Shown piece by piece: positions 11,069 to 22,586 of a stretch of DNA of 64,000 nt (positions are counted from its first letter, which is position 1; every line of letters starts with the position of its first letter). Made by a program: the position numbers and the translations under genes. Origin of the DNA: Bacteroidales bacterium Bact_19 (lineage in GTDB: Bacteria > Bacteroidota > Bacteroidia > Bacteroidales > ML635J-15); NCBI GenBank assembly GCA_001603595.1, contig LUZK01000026.1, positions 5,810-69,809 on the forward strand. Reading direction: 5' to 3'. The notes beneath the pieces were generated by a model, which saw nothing but the letters and a program-made list of their open reading frames with translations, was not told the DNA's origin and did no database searches.

Positions 11069-12364
11069 TTAGATTTTTTTTCCTCTCAATGAATATTCAT
11101 CTGCAGACTCTATATTTACTTGAACAAATTGTCCTGTTTCAATCTTTTCTAACGAAGTAAAAATCACTTCATTATCAACTTCAGGAGAATCAAATTCAGT
11201 TCGCCCGTAATAAAATTTTCCGTCAAATTCATCAACAATAGTTTTAAAACTTCTCCCTACTTTTTTAAGATTAAGTTCTAGAGAAATTTCAGCCTGAATA
11301 TCCATAATCATTTTTGATCTTTGCTTTTTTACAGAAGTTTTTATCGTATCTTTATAATTTTTTGCTGATTTTGTTCCTTCTTCTTCCGAATATTCAAACA
11401 CACCAAGCCTATCGAATTTTATGATTTTAACAAATTCAAGCAGTTCTTCGAATTCTCTTTTGCCTTCACCCGGATGACCTACAAGCAAACTTGTACGGAT
11501 GGCTGCATCAGGAATTTTTTTTCTGATTTTTTCAATGAGTTTATACGTTTCTGCTTTTGTACCTCCACGGTTCATCATTTGAAGGATTTTGTCGGAAATA
11601 TGCTGAACAGGAATATCAAAATATTTACAAATTTTAGGATTTTCAGCAGCAATATCAATAACCTTCTCAGGGAACAAAAACGGATACAAATAGTGCATTC
11701 TAATCCATTCAATACCATCAATTACACTTAACTTTTCGATGAGTTCGGACAGAAGAAATTTCTTTTTTAGATCATATCCGTAAAAACTCAAATCCTGAGC
11801 AATTAAAAGTAATTCTTTAACTCCATTATCGCTTAACACTTTAGCTTCTTGCAATATTTCGTCTGTTTCTCGAGAAACATATTTCCCTTTAAACAATGGA
11901 ATTGCACAAAAAGAGCAATTCCTGTTGCATCCTTCGGCAATTTTTAAGTATGAATAATGATTTGCCGACTCAAAAATACGTCCATAAATATTATAAGTTT
12001 TTCTATTTTGAACATTTAGAGCCGACATTAAGTCGTTAGGATTGTAATTTCCAAGAAAAACGTCAACCTCCGGGATCTCTTGTTTTAAGTCGTTCATATA
12101 TCTTTCGCTCAAACAACCGAATACAATAATTTTTTCAAGATTTTTATTTTTTTTTAAAGCTACTAAATCTAAAATTGTATCAATTGATTGTACTTTGGCA
12201 TCATTTATGAATCCGCAGGTGTTGACAATAGCAATGTTAAAATCATTAGTTTCGGAATTATGATAAACCTTAAATCCATGATTTTCAGCAATATAAGCAA
12301 ATTTTTCGGAATCCACAGTGTTTTTTGCACATCCCAAAGTTATAATATTAATTATTTTTTGCAT
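11069..12364 (-). CDS. rimO: Ribosomal protein S12 methylthiotransferase
   Basis: TLGCAKNTVDSE, NTCGFI, KIAEGCNRNCSFCAIP, C-terminal TRAM (GRTEFDSPEVD). Start placed at ATG 12364 because a TATATTTG promoter box lies at 12386-12393. Confidence 0.95.
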   Translation of the reverse strand: MQKIINIITLGCAKNTVDSEKFAYIAENHGFKVYHNSETNDFNIAIVNTCGFINDAKVQSIDTILDLVALKKNKNLEKIIVFGCLSERYMNDLKQEIPEVDVFLGNYNPNDLMSALNVQNRKTYNIYGRIFESANHYSYLKIAEGCNRNCSFCAIPLFKGKYVSRETDEILQEAKVLSDNGVKELLLIAQDLSFYGYDLKKKFLLSELIEKLSVIDGIEWIRMHYLYPFLFPEKVIDIAAENPKICKYFDIPVQHISDKILQMMNRGGTKAETYKLIEKIRKKIPDAAIRTSLLVGHPGEGKREFEELLEFVKIIKFDRLGVFEYSEEEGTKSAKNYKDTIKTSVKKQRSKMIMDIQAEISLELNLKKVGRSFKTIVDEFDGKFYYGRTEFDSPEVDNEVIFTSLEKIETGQFVQVNIESADEYSLRGKKI

Positions 12365-12399
12365 ATTAGCAATGTTAAATTTTTGCAAATATAAAAAGT

Positions 12400-13461
12400 A
12401 TGAAGAATATTGTCCTATTGATATTAAGTAGTTTATTTTATTTTAGTTTATTTTCTCAATACTATAAAATTCCTGATTGGGCAGAAAATTTACCACAAAG
12501 TTCCAATTATTTTATATACTCTATTGGAATAAGTGATCCGCGAATTAAAGATACAGAATTAGCAGAAAGCATTGCAATACAAAGGGCTTTATGTTTTGCA
12601 GTAATTGCATCAAAATCTGATGTGCTTTTAATATCAGATTATTTCGAAAAGAAAAGCGAAGAATATCGTTGGATAATAATGAAAGATAATGTTGAAGAAT
12701 TGAGTAAAATTATTGCTTCAGGATATGTTGACAAAAATAATTATACCGTAATTGATAAATTCACAAATGAAAACGACGAAGTATTTGTATTGTTAAAGTA
12801 TGTTCATGACAATTCAAAAACTCCCAATTTTTTTGTTGAAGCTGAATATTACCGTAAGGAATTCGAAGTAAGTAATACAAGAGCTTTAGAATCTGTAAAA
12901 AATATTATTCTTAAATCAAAATGGAAATCTTCCGAAATGAAAGACACGCTTCGAAGTTCTTACGAGCTTGTTATCTGGAACAATGATATAACAGTAAAAA
13001 ATAACTTTAACAATAAAACAGTTACATCTCCCGGATTTTCATACGAATATTTTTCAACTATCCCCGAAAATTTCGAACCGAGCTTATATACAGGAAACGG
13101 AAGTGTAAAGAAAGGTATCTGGATTGGATATCTCGAAACGATGATGCAAAGTTTTGTTATAGCCTCAAAAAACTTTCAATCGAAATTTGCATCAGTATCA
13201 GATGATTATAAAGTAAGCCGAAATGATGGGATTTACGAGACAAGTACAGAAAGTTTATCAAGAAGTGTAAGCAGAAATAATTTGTCATTTGAATATGCTG
13301 GTTTTGGAATTAACGAAAATCGCATTTACACAAGAACCTATCTTTATGGACAACGACCTGCATATAAAACCTACGAAGCGATTCAAGCAGAACAAGACAG
13401 TCTTAATAACAGCAAAACAAACAAATGTTTCTTAAAAAGAATTTTTAAGAAAAAAAGATAA
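12400..13461 (+). CDS. Secreted hypothetical protein (weak LPP20-like N-terminus)
   Basis: Signal peptide; IPDW...YSIGISD...AESIAIQRAL pattern. Confidence 0.6.
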   Translation: MKNIVLLILSSLFYFSLFSQYYKIPDWAENLPQSSNYFIYSIGISDPRIKDTELAESIAIQRALCFAVIASKSDVLLISDYFEKKSEEYRWIIMKDNVEELSKIIASGYVDKNNYTVIDKFTNENDEVFVLLKYVHDNSKTPNFFVEAEYYRKEFEVSNTRALESVKNIILKSKWKSSEMKDTLRSSYELVIWNNDITVKNNFNNKTVTSPGFSYEYFSTIPENFEPSLYTGNGSVKKGIWIGYLETMMQSFVIASKNFQSKFASVSDDYKVSRNDGIYETSTESLSRSVSRNNLSFEYAGFGINENRIYTRTYLYGQRPAYKTYEAIQAEQDSLNNSKTNKCFLKRIFKKKR

Positions 13462-13512
13462 TTCCCAAAAATTAAGTTTTTCGGCAATTAAGATTTTATA
13501 AAAAAGAAAACA

Positions 13513-13845
13513 TTATTCTTCGTCAGAATCTGAATCCTGATAATCAGAATAATTTTCGTTTTCAGAACTTTCGCGTGGAATAAAATACTCAGGTTTTTGT
13601 TCCTTAATATATTCTACAGCTTTCTCGTAACCTTCGGCAAACTTTCCAAAATCTTCTTTATATAAGAAAACTTTGTGTTTTTCGAATCTTGAGTTTCCAT
13701 CACGATCAAAAACCTTTTTACTTTCAGTAATTGTAAGGTAGAAATCCCCTTGTTTAGTTTCTTTTACATCAAAAAAATACGTCCTTTTTCCGGCTCTAAC
13801 AGACACAGAAAAAATTTCCTCTCTCCTTTTTTCATTGCCTTCCAT
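13513..13845 (-). CDS. DUF3276 / PUR-domain nucleic-acid-binding protein
   Basis: EIFSVSVRAGKRTYFFDVK...YLTITESKK...KHKVFLYKEDF; divergent from nusB as in other Bacteroidota. Confidence 0.9.
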   Translation of the reverse strand: MEGNEKRREEIFSVSVRAGKRTYFFDVKETKQGDFYLTITESKKVFDRDGNSRFEKHKVFLYKEDFGKFAEGYEKAVEYIKEQKPEYFIPRESSENENYSDYQDSDSDEE

Positions 13846-13995
13846 ACAACACTATTTTATTGTTCAGCACAAATATAAATAAAAAATAAATATACAAACA
13901 ACAATTTCAAAGATTTTTTTCATTGATTTTTTTTATTGCTGGTAAAAAGAATTAAATTATTTTTGCACAGCAAATTTTTTGACAAGTACATTAAC

Positions 13996-14943
13996 ATGAT
14001 TAGCCGAAGATTAATTCGATTGAAAGTGATGCAGATTCACTACGGTTTTTTACAGTCTGATGATATTTCTGAATTATCAAAACTGGAAAACGATTTAAAT
14101 TACAGTATTGAACAATCATACAATTTATTTTTAAGTTTACATTGTTTATTGATAGAACTTTTTGAACTCGAAAGAGAAAAAATAGAAATCAGAAAAAACA
14201 AGTTAATACCAAGTCGTGAAGATTTGAATCCTAACACAAAATTAATTGATAATGAAATAATTAAAAAATTTAAAGAACACCCTCTTATTCAGAAAGCTTG
14301 TAAAAATTTTGATTTAAATTGGATAGAACATTATAGATTAATAAATAATATTCATGAAACATTGATAAAATCCGAACATTATTATAAATTCATGAATAAC
14401 GGAAAATTGGGAATTGATCAAGATTATGATATTATTTCCTTTATTTTAGAAAAAATAATTCTTAAAAACAAACTTCTCGAAGAAATTTTGGAGGACCGCA
14501 ACATTTTTTGGAACGATGATATTGAATTTTGGGTTAGTAACATTTTGCAATACTTAAAAAAATACAAAAAAAATCCGCAGTCATTTGAGATACCTGGTGT
14601 TTGGAAAGATGAAGAAGACAAAACATTTGCCTTTAGATTGCTTAAGTTTTCTGTTTTAAACAGACAAAAATTTGATGCTATAATTGTTGATGCATTACAG
14701 AAATGGGAATTAGATAGACTTGCCTTAGTTGATAGATCGCTTCTGCATCTTGCAATTTGTGAGTACACCGAAATGTCTGAGGTCCCCGTAAAAGTTACAA
14801 TTAACGAATATATAGAAATTTCAAAATACTACAGCACCGAAAAAAGCAGTGTTTTTATTAATGGAATTCTTGATAAAATTCATTTAATGCTTAAAGAAAA
14901 AGGTCTGCTCTTAAAAGTAGGACGAGGCTTAGCCGATTGTTAA
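13996..14943 (+). CDS. nusB: Transcription antitermination factor NusB (long Bacteroidota form)
   Basis: MISRRLIRLKVMQ start; WELDRLALVDR; VPVKVTINEYIEISKYYSTEKSSVFINGILD. Confidence 0.92.
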   Translation: MISRRLIRLKVMQIHYGFLQSDDISELSKLENDLNYSIEQSYNLFLSLHCLLIELFELEREKIEIRKNKLIPSREDLNPNTKLIDNEIIKKFKEHPLIQKACKNFDLNWIEHYRLINNIHETLIKSEHYYKFMNNGKLGIDQDYDIISFILEKIILKNKLLEEILEDRNIFWNDDIEFWVSNILQYLKKYKKNPQSFEIPGVWKDEEDKTFAFRLLKFSVLNRQKFDAIIVDALQKWELDRLALVDRSLLHLAICEYTEMSEVPVKVTINEYIEISKYYSTEKSSVFINGILDKIHLMLKEKGLLLKVGRGLADC

Positions 14944-15019
14944 CATTTTTTAATGATTTTATTCTTTAAAAATCTTTAAAATATTTTATTTTTGTAAAAT
15001 GTTAAATTTTCGTAAAAAA

Positions 15020-15466
15020 ATGAACAGATTAATTTTTTATTCGATAGTTTTTCTTAGTGTGATTACATTTTCGTGTAAAAACGGCAACAATAAAACCGGT
15101 GGAGATTATAATATTAACAATCCAAATTCGGCAACTGAAAGTGTACGATCCGGTTCACCAACGATTGACTTCGAAGAAATGGAATATAATTTTGGAACTG
15201 TTATCGCAGGTGAAAAAGTTTCGCATGCTTTTGTTTTTAAAAATAACGGTAAAGGAAATCTTATAATTTCCAATGTGAAAACATCCTGCGGTTGCACAGC
15301 ATCAAAATGGTCTAAAGAACCCGTTAAACCCGGAGAAACAGGAATTATAGAAATAGTCTTCGACAGTGCAAATAGAAGTGGGAAACAAACTAAAACAGCT
15401 ATAGTATATTCAAACGCTCAACCGAATTCAACCGAATTGGTTATACATTGTGATGTTATAAATTAA
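15020..15466 (+). CDS. DUF1573 domain lipoprotein
   Basis: Lipobox ITFSC; YNFGTV...FKNNGKGNLIISNVKTSCGCT. Confidence 0.88.
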   Translation: MNRLIFYSIVFLSVITFSCKNGNNKTGGDYNINNPNSATESVRSGSPTIDFEEMEYNFGTVIAGEKVSHAFVFKNNGKGNLIISNVKTSCGCTASKWSKEPVKPGETGIIEIVFDSANRSGKQTKTAIVYSNAQPNSTELVIHCDVIN

Positions 15467-15491
15467 AATTAACTAAATTAAATCAAAAATT

Positions 15492-15809
15492 ATGATGAAT
15501 CATTTGTTTTTAATGGCAGGACAAGAAGGTCAAAGTCCTTACGGTACGCTTATTTTCTTAGGTCTTATTATTGTTGTTTTTTACTTTTTTATGATTAGAC
15601 CACAAATCAAAAGACAAAAGGAAGCCCAAAAATTCAGAAACAGCCTTCAGAAAGGCGATAAAGTTATCACATCTGGAGGCATTTACGGTATTATCACCGA
15701 AGTTCACGACACTTATGTAATGGTTGAAATTGATTCCAACGTAAAAGTTAAAATTGATAAAGGCTCAATTGTTGCAAGCCCTTCTGATCTTCAAAACACT
15801 CAGAAATAA
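15492..15809 (+). CDS. yajC: Preprotein translocase subunit YajC
   Basis: FYFFMIRPQ, LQKGDKVITSGGIYG. Confidence 0.95.
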   Translation: MMNHLFLMAGQEGQSPYGTLIFLGLIIVVFYFFMIRPQIKRQKEAQKFRNSLQKGDKVITSGGIYGIITEVHDTYVMVEIDSNVKVKIDKGSIVASPSDLQNTQK

Positions 15810-15815
15810 TTTATT

Positions 15816-16808
15816 ATGGATAAAAAAAAGAACATTGTGTTGGTACTGAAAAGAAAATTCAGAAGTCGCAATGTTCTTATTTTTATATTTTTTGTTATTA
15901 TCTCAACAATTTTGTGGTTTTTAAATGCACTCAACAAAACATATGTTACGGATTTTAATTTAAATATTTCTTTCATAAATATTCCGGAAAATTTAATACA
16001 AAAAAATATCAGTAAAACTTTTATTATTAAAGTTAAAGGAACAGGTTTTTCTTTAATACGTGAAAAATTTAATAACCTCGATATCCCGATAAATATAGAT
16101 TTAAACAATAAAAACATAAAAATTTTTTCCTTAGAAAATTCTTCTGAAAAATATATATTGACTCGAGATATTGTTCCTCTGATTAGTAAATTATTTTCCG
16201 ATGAAGTAAGCATTGGAAAAATTATTCCTGATACAATTTTTTTTGTAGATAAAAGAGGTATTTCAAAAACAGTTCCTATCAAGGCAAATTTAGTTTTTCC
16301 CGAAAACGATATCTCAAACTTTATTTCTGAAATTATTATTTCACCAAAAAAAATAACCATTTATGGTGAAAAAGGAATTATTGATACAATTAATTATCTA
16401 TACACTCAACCGAGAGAAGTAATTCTTACAAGCCTTAATAATTATTTTGAACTGCCCATATTAGACAAATTTGAAGGTAAAATCAATTTTTCGATAAAAA
16501 AAGTCATTGTAAATGTAAAGGTAAAAGAATTTACTGAAAAAAAATTATTGGTAAAAATAACTCCCGAAAACTTTCCAGAAGAATTTGATGTAATATTATC
16601 GCCAAATGAAGTAAACATTGTTTGTAAAATACCCCTCAGCGACTATGAGAACATAAAATCCGAAGATTTTCATGCATTTGTTGATTACCAGATTAGAGGT
16701 AAGGATATGATACAAGTAAAAGTCGAAAGCAAAAACACCAAAGCTAGAGTTACTCAGATAAATCCGGAATTTATTAATTATATTTTGCAAAAGAAAAATC
16801 ATGATTAA
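15816..16808 (+). CDS. YbbR/CdaR-like membrane-anchored protein
   Basis: N-terminal TM helix (ISTILWFLNAL), beta-rich repeats, conserved position between yajC and coaE. Confidence 0.75.
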   Translation: MDKKKNIVLVLKRKFRSRNVLIFIFFVIISTILWFLNALNKTYVTDFNLNISFINIPENLIQKNISKTFIIKVKGTGFSLIREKFNNLDIPINIDLNNKNIKIFSLENSSEKYILTRDIVPLISKLFSDEVSIGKIIPDTIFFVDKRGISKTVPIKANLVFPENDISNFISEIIISPKKITIYGEKGIIDTINYLYTQPREVILTSLNNYFELPILDKFEGKINFSIKKVIVNVKVKEFTEKKLLVKITPENFPEEFDVILSPNEVNIVCKIPLSDYENIKSEDFHAFVDYQIRGKDMIQVKVESKNTKARVTQINPEFINYILQKKNHD

Positions 16809-17388
16809 AATTGGACTTACCGGAATTATCGGTTCCGGCAAATCTACAGTTTCTAAAATTTTTGAAACACTTCAAATACCAGTTTATTATTCAGACTTAA
16901 GAGCTTCGGAATTGATAAATACCAACCAATACATTATAGATTCTTTAAAAAATAAATACGGTAAAACCATTTACATAGATGGAACATTAAATAAACCTTT
17001 ACTGTCAAGCATTATATTTAACGACAATGATGAAAGAAAATTTGTAAATTCTGTTGTTCATCCCATCGTTATAAATGATTTCATATTTTGGTCGCAAAAT
17101 CAAAAAGCTAAAATTGCTGCTATTGAATCGGCCTTAATTTATGAAACATCATTAAAGACAATTTTAACAAATATTATTGAAGTAAGAAGTCCTCGAAAAT
17201 TACTTATCGAACGAATTATAAAAAGAGATAAAATTTCAAAAACAGAAGCATTAAAAAAAATCAATTCTCAAAAAGCTTTATTTACTAATGAAAAACCAGA
17301 TTTTGTGATTATAAACGACGAGAAAAAATCAGTAATATTACAGACGCAAAGAATATTAACAAAAATTGGACATAATGAAGTTTGGTAA
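16801..17388 (+). CDS. coaE: Dephospho-CoA kinase
   Basis: [16 protein letters not shown]-loop, [14 protein letters not shown]. Confidence 0.93.
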   Translation: MIKIGLTGIIGSGKSTVSKIFETLQIPVYYSDLRASELINTNQYIIDSLKNKYGKTIYIDGTLNKPLLSSIIFNDNDERKFVNSVVHPIVINDFIFWSQNQKAKIAAIESALIYETSLKTILTNIIEVRSPRKLLIERIIKRDKISKTEALKKINSQKALFTNEKPDFVIINDEKKSVILQTQRILTKIGHNEVW

Positions 17389-18100
17389 AATCATTGGAGC
17401 AGGTTTAGGATGGGCATTCGGTGGACCTATTGGAGCTTTATTGGGCTTAATTTTAGGTGGGTTTCTCGATGCTGTGAGTGTTAGCACAGTTAATGTTTCC
17501 AGGAATAAAACAACCAGAGGAGACTTTATTTTGAGTTTATTGGTATTATCAGCAGCCGTAATGAAAGCCGATAATGTTGTTAGAAAGAGCGAACTCAATT
17601 TTGTAAAAAAATTTTTACTGCAAAACTTCAACGAAGAAGAAACTCTCGAAGCTCTCAGGATTTTAAAAGAAATTCTTGATAGAGAAATAAACCTCGACGA
17701 GGTTTGTACTCAAATAAGAATGAAAATGACTAAACCCTTGAAACTTCAAATTATTCATTATTTATTTGGAATAGCATACGCTGATGGTGAATTACATAAT
17801 AACGAAATAGAAACAATAAAAAATATTTGCTTTAAAATAGGACTATCAGGCTATGACTTTGAAACAATTTATTCAATGTTTAAGCCAAAACTAAACATAG
17901 ATGATTATTACAGCGTTTTGGGATTAAACCAGTCTGCAAGCAACGAAGAAATAAAAAAAGCATACAGGAGTTTAGCTTTGAAGCACCATCCGGATAAGGT
18001 TGCACATTTGGGGGAAGATATACAAAAGGCGGCACAAGAAAAATTCAAAAAAATCAATGAAGCCTACGAATACATCAAAAAAGAAAGAAACATGAATTAA
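17375..18100 (+). CDS. DjlA-like co-chaperone (TM - TerB-like - J domain)
   Basis: [29 protein letters not shown]-terminal J domain with HHPD. Confidence 0.88.
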   Translation: MKFGKIIGAGLGWAFGGPIGALLGLILGGFLDAVSVSTVNVSRNKTTRGDFILSLLVLSAAVMKADNVVRKSELNFVKKFLLQNFNEEETLEALRILKEILDREINLDEVCTQIRMKMTKPLKLQIIHYLFGIAYADGELHNNEIETIKNICFKIGLSGYDFETIYSMFKPKLNIDDYYSVLGLNQSASNEEIKKAYRSLALKHHPDKVAHLGEDIQKAAQEKFKKINEAYEYIKKERNMN

Positions 18101-18177
18101 TTTTAAGGCATAAATTTTGTTTGCCGATATTTTATTTTAATTTTATTTTTGCATTCGAATTACTAAAAAGATTGGTT

Positions 18178-18639
18178 ATGTATTTGGAAGGAATATTATC
18201 AATTTCCGGACAGTCCGGATTATTTAAATTAATTTCAAAAGGAAAAAGCAGCGTTATTGTTGAATCATTAGTTACCGGTAAAAAAATGCCGGCTTTCAGC
18301 ACATCAAGGATCAGCACATTAGAAGATGTAGCTGTTTATACCGATGACGGAGAAATTCCTTTAAAAGATATTTTTAATAATATTTTTAAAAAATACGAAG
18401 GGAAAAAAATAGATAATTCAGTAATTAAGAACAATAATTATCTGGAATTTTTCGAAACAGTATTACCTAATTTCGACAGAGACAGAGTTTACCAATCAGA
18501 TGTAAAAAAAATCGTAAACTGGTATAACTGTTTGGTTGATAATAATATCCTAAACGAAAATTCTGTTAAAGAATCAGAGGAATCTAAAGAAAATAATAAA
18601 GAAACAATCGAACAAGCTAGCGATTCCGGAAAAGAATAA
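18178..18639 (+). CDS. DUF5606 family protein
   Basis: ILSISGQSGLFKL...IVESL...LPNFDRDRVYQSDVKKIVNWYN; start at ATG 18178. Confidence 0.85.
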   Translation: MYLEGILSISGQSGLFKLISKGKSSVIVESLVTGKKMPAFSTSRISTLEDVAVYTDDGEIPLKDIFNNIFKKYEGKKIDNSVIKNNNYLEFFETVLPNFDRDRVYQSDVKKIVNWYNCLVDNNILNENSVKESEESKENNKETIEQASDSGKE

Positions 18640-18876
18640 TTATTCAGTTTCATCATCATGATTGTGGAGATTAGCACCTCCGCAACAACCACCATTTATA
18701 CCACAAGCTTTGTATTCATCGTGTTTAACACAGGTAATATTAAGTTTGTGCATATCTTTATTTTTGCTTATTGAAGTTTGAGGAAATTTTTTCTTCTTTG
18801 TGAAAAATATATTAATTCCTAAACCAATAACAACCAAAATTAAAAATCCAATAACAAGTAATAAAACTTTCCACAT
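18640..18876 (-). CDS. Small membrane protein with Cys/His-rich tail
   Basis: N-terminal TM helix, KKKFPQTSIS, tail C-x7-C-x5-CC...HNH. Confidence 0.7.
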   Translation of the reverse strand: MWKVLLLVIGFLILVVIGLGINIFFTKKKKFPQTSISKNKDMHKLNITCVKHDEYKACGINGGCCGGANLHNHDDETE

Positions 18877-18906
18877 AAAAATAATTTTATATTAAAACCA
18901 AAAAAT

Positions 18907-20856
18907 CTACGTTTTGTTTATTTCTACTTCTGTATGTTTACCAAAGAAATATATTACCAACACAGTCGAAATTATCATTATCAAATAAACAATGAATATA
19001 TTTAATCCACTCTCTACTAAAAAAGTTCCAAATAATGCAGAAATCAAAGCCACAATTAAGGCATAAGGAGCTTGAGTCCTTACGTGCTGAATATGATTGC
19101 ACGAAGAAGACAATGAACTCAAAATTGTGGTATCAGAAATTGGACTGCAATGGTCACCAAAAACAGAACCAGAAATTACAGTTGCACTAACGTGAGCAAA
19201 AATTTCCAATGATTGCCCGTAATCCAATCCGAAATGAACAGATAGCGACCAAGTAGCCGGTAAAATTAAAGGATACATTATGGCCATTGTTCCCCATGAA
19301 GTACCTGTGCTGAAAGATACCAAAGCTGAAACAATAAAACTTAGTAATGGCATTACATTTGGGCTTATTTCGGTTGTGGTTATAAGACGAATAATGAAAT
19401 CTGCAGTTCGTAAATCTGATATAAGATTAGATAAAGCCCATGCTAAACATAAAATTATAATTGCCGTGAGCATTACCTTAAAACCACTCAAAATACTTTC
19501 TGCCGCTTCTTTAATTGTCAATATTTTTTGTGCTACGCTTAAAATTACGGCAACGATCAAAGCCAAACCCGAAGCACGTATCAAAGATACATAAGAATCA
19601 GAATTACCAATTATCTGCGATAGTTTTGTAACAAAACCTATTTCAGGATTATTCCAAACATTTGTATCCCAACCTGTATAAAACAACCCGATAATTGCTC
19701 CTAAAACAAGAACCAAAACCGGAATTATTGCATTAAATGCTTTGGGTTTTTCAACCGAACTTTCAAATTCTTTGAGATTATATTCTATTTTTTTCTCATT
19801 CGAAGGTAAATACACTCCTTTGGTTCTTGCTCTTATTTCGGCTTTATACATTGGTCCGAAATCACGTTTAAGGTATATTAACACTAAAATAAAAAACAAA
19901 GCTAAAAACGGGTAAAAACAATATTTTAAGCTCATAAAGAAAATACTATAAGGACTAACATCCAGATTTGCCAGTGTAATCGCTGATTGAATATAACTAA
20001 GCTCCGCTCCTATCCAGGTTGTAACAAAAGCTATTGAAGCAACCGGAGCTGCGGTACTATCAACAATGTATGCCAGCTTTTCTCTAGAAATTTTCAACTT
20101 ATCAGTTACCGGTCTGATTGTATTTCCAACTATAAGTGTATTAGCATAGTCATCGAAAAAAATTAAAATTCCCATAAGCCATGTAACAAACTGACCAGAA
20201 CGCGGAGTATTGGCATACTTAGTTAATTTTTGTATAATGCCATGCATCCCTCCGTTACGGCTTATTACATTTACAGTGGCACCTATTAACATGCTGAAAA
20301 TAATAATGGAAACATGAGAACCTTCTGATAAGGCTCTGACAATATAAGTATCGAAAACCCCGAAAAATGCGGTTCCGATTGAAACTATAAAGCCGGTGCC
20401 GGAATAAAAAGCAATTATCAATGTTCCTGAAAAAATTCCCAAAAAAATTGCTGTATAAACTTCTTTAAAAAGTAAAGCTAACAAAATTGCAATCAAGGGA
20501 GGCAGAATTGATAGCCATAAGGGGATGGGATTTATTTCTTTTGAAACAGAAATATCTTCACAAGATAATATCAATTCCGATTTTTCTTTAAAATTAAATT
20601 TTAAAGTCGCAACTCCTTCATTAAAAAAGATATCAACCTTTTGTCCATTAATGAAAATGCTGCTGAAACAATCATAATCAGCGACTTTTCCCAAACTATC
20701 GAGTGCGATTATTTTTAATTCCGATTCCACACCTTTGATAATTGGTGCGGAATTTTGGAATTTGAATTCTTTTACAATAGAATTTTGAGCATAAGATAAA
20801 AATGCGACAAAGATAAATGATGAAAATATCAGAATATTAAAAAAAACTTTTGTCAT
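18907..20856 (-). CDS. NhaC family Na+/H+ antiporter-like transporter with N-terminal soluble extension
   Basis: IFFDDYAN, SREKLAYIVDSTAAP, FSTGTSWGT, GDHCSPISDTTILSS. Confidence 0.9.
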   Translation of the reverse strand: MTKVFFNILIFSSFIFVAFLSYAQNSIVKEFKFQNSAPIIKGVESELKIIALDSLGKVADYDCFSSIFINGQKVDIFFNEGVATLKFNFKEKSELILSCEDISVSKEINPIPLWLSILPPLIAILLALLFKEVYTAIFLGIFSGTLIIAFYSGTGFIVSIGTAFFGVFDTYIVRALSEGSHVSIIIFSMLIGATVNVISRNGGMHGIIQKLTKYANTPRSGQFVTWLMGILIFFDDYANTLIVGNTIRPVTDKLKISREKLAYIVDSTAAPVASIAFVTTWIGAELSYIQSAITLANLDVSPYSIFFMSLKYCFYPFLALFFILVLIYLKRDFGPMYKAEIRARTKGVYLPSNEKKIEYNLKEFESSVEKPKAFNAIIPVLVLVLGAIIGLFYTGWDTNVWNNPEIGFVTKLSQIIGNSDSYVSLIRASGLALIVAVILSVAQKILTIKEAAESILSGFKVMLTAIIILCLAWALSNLISDLRTADFIIRLITTTEISPNVMPLLSFIVSALVSFSTGTSWGTMAIMYPLILPATWSLSVHFGLDYGQSLEIFAHVSATVISGSVFGDHCSPISDTTILSSLSSSCNHIQHVRTQAPYALIVALISALFGTFLVESGLNIFIVYLIMIISTVLVIYFFGKHTEVEINKT

Positions 20857-22586
20857 TAATTTTTAATCCATTTATCAACTTCATCAACTGAAGGATTTTT
20901 TAAACCAAGTTTATGTTTTTTGTTCAAACCGCATAAAATCTGGTGCAATTTTCCGACGCTGGTTTGTTTAAGTTGAGTAACAGAATTAAAACCTGCTTTT
21001 ACCAAAACTTTTGCCCAATCTTCAGGAATCCCCATTTCGATGAATACTTTTTCATCAAAAACTTCTGCTTTTTTCTCAGGTTTCATTTGCGGGAAGAACA
21101 GAACATCCTGAATTGATTGACTATTGGTCATGAACATTGTCAGGCGGTCAATTCCAATACCCATACCTGAATTTGGAGGCATACCGTATTCAAGAGCTTT
21201 GAGGAAATCATAATCAATATACATAGCTTCGTCGTCGCCACGCTGTGATAATCTGAGTTGTTCTTCGAATCTATGTTTTTGGTCAATAGGATCATTTAAT
21301 TCTGAATATGCATTTGCAAGTTCTTTTCCATTAACCATCAATTCAAAACGTTCGGTAAGTCCCGGTTTTGAGCGATGTTTTTTTGTTAATGGCGACATCT
21401 CCATAGGATAATCAATGATAAAAGTAGGTTGAATAAAATGATGCTCACACTTTTCTCCAAAGATGGCATCAATCAATTTTCCTTTACCCATCGAAGAATC
21501 TGTTTCTATCTCAAAGTCTTTACAAATTTTACGCAATTCATCTTCTGATTTACCTTCAATATCATAACCTGTATATTCCTTTATGGCGTCATACATGCTA
21601 ACTCTGCGGAAAGGTCTTTTAAAATCAATGATATTATCGCCGTATTGCACTTTTGTAGTTCCATGAAGAGCTAATGCTATTTTTTCGATCATTTCCTCTG
21701 TGAAGTTCATCATCCACAAGTAATCCTTATATGCAACATAAATTTCGAGAACAGTAAACTCAGGATTATGAGTTCTGTCCATTCCCTCATTACGGAAATC
21801 TTTTGCAAATTCATAAACCCCGTCAAAACCACCAACTATTAATCTTTTTAAATAAAGTTCATTGGCAATACGTAAATATAATGGAATATTTAAAGCATTA
21901 TGATGAGTAATAAAAGGACGTGCTGCTGCTCCACCTGGAATACTTTGCAAAATTGGAGTTTCAACTTCAAGGTAACCTCTTTCGTTGAAAAACTCTCGCA
22001 TGGTGTTGATTATTTTTGTTCTTTTAATGAAAACATCCTTTACATGTGGATTAACGATCAAATCCACGTATCTTTGTCTGTATCTTTGTTCGGGATCAGT
22101 AAAGGCATCGAAAACTTTCCCGTCTTTTTCTTTAACAATCGGCAGTGGACGTAACGACTTGCAAAGAACCTTAAACTCTTTTACATGAACCGAAATCTCT
22201 CCCATCTGCGTTCTGAAAACAAAACCTTTGACTCCAATAATATCGCCAATATCGAGCAATTTTTTAAAAACAACATTATACATTGTTTTGTCTTCGCCGG
22301 GACAAATATCATCACGCTTGAAATATAATTGAATCTTTCCTTTGGAATCCTGCAACTCTGCAAAAGAGGCATTTCCCATAATTCTACGACTCATAATTCG
22401 TCCGGAAATGCAAACATTTTGTAATTTTTCATTTTCAACGCTATCATCAAATTGTCCAAGAATGTCGGTTGTATGAATGTTTACCGGATACTCTTCGGCA
22501 GGATATGGATCTATTCCAAGATTAATTAATTCCTGTAATGCTTCACGTCTGATTATTTCCTGTTCACTTAAACCTAATTGTTCCAT
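20856..22586 (-). CDS. lysS: Lysine--tRNA ligase (class II) with C-terminal DUF4332-like extension
   Basis: [52 protein letters not shown]. Confidence 0.97.
   Translation of the reverse strand: MEQLGLSEQEIIRREALQELINLGIDPYPAEEYPVNIHTTDILGQFDDSVENEKLQNVCISGRIMSRRIMGNASFAELQDSKGKIQLYFKRDDICPGEDKTMYNVVFKKLLDIGDIIGVKGFVFRTQMGEISVHVKEFKVLCKSLRPLPIVKEKDGKVFDAFTDPEQRYRQRYVDLIVNPHVKDVFIKRTKIINTMREFFNERGYLEVETPILQSIPGGAAARPFITHHNALNIPLYLRIANELYLKRLIVGGFDGVYEFAKDFRNEGMDRTHNPEFTVLEIYVAYKDYLWMMNFTEEMIEKIALALHGTTKVQYGDNIIDFKRPFRRVSMYDAIKEYTGYDIEGKSEDELRKICKDFEIETDSSMGKGKLIDAIFGEKCEHHFIQPTFIIDYPMEMSPLTKKHRSKPGLTERFELMVNGKELANAYSELNDPIDQKHRFEEQLRLSQRGDDEAMYIDYDFLKALEYGMPPNSGMGIGIDRLTMFMTNSQSIQDVLFFPQMKPEKKAEVFDEKVFIEMGIPEDWAKVLVKAGFNSVTQLKQTSVGKLHQILCGLNKKHKLGLKNPSVDEVDKWIKN

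Noticed and set aside
20856-21060. C-terminal extension on LysRS
   Set aside because: DUF4332-like tail is, to my knowledge, common in Bacteroidales LysRS and not novel
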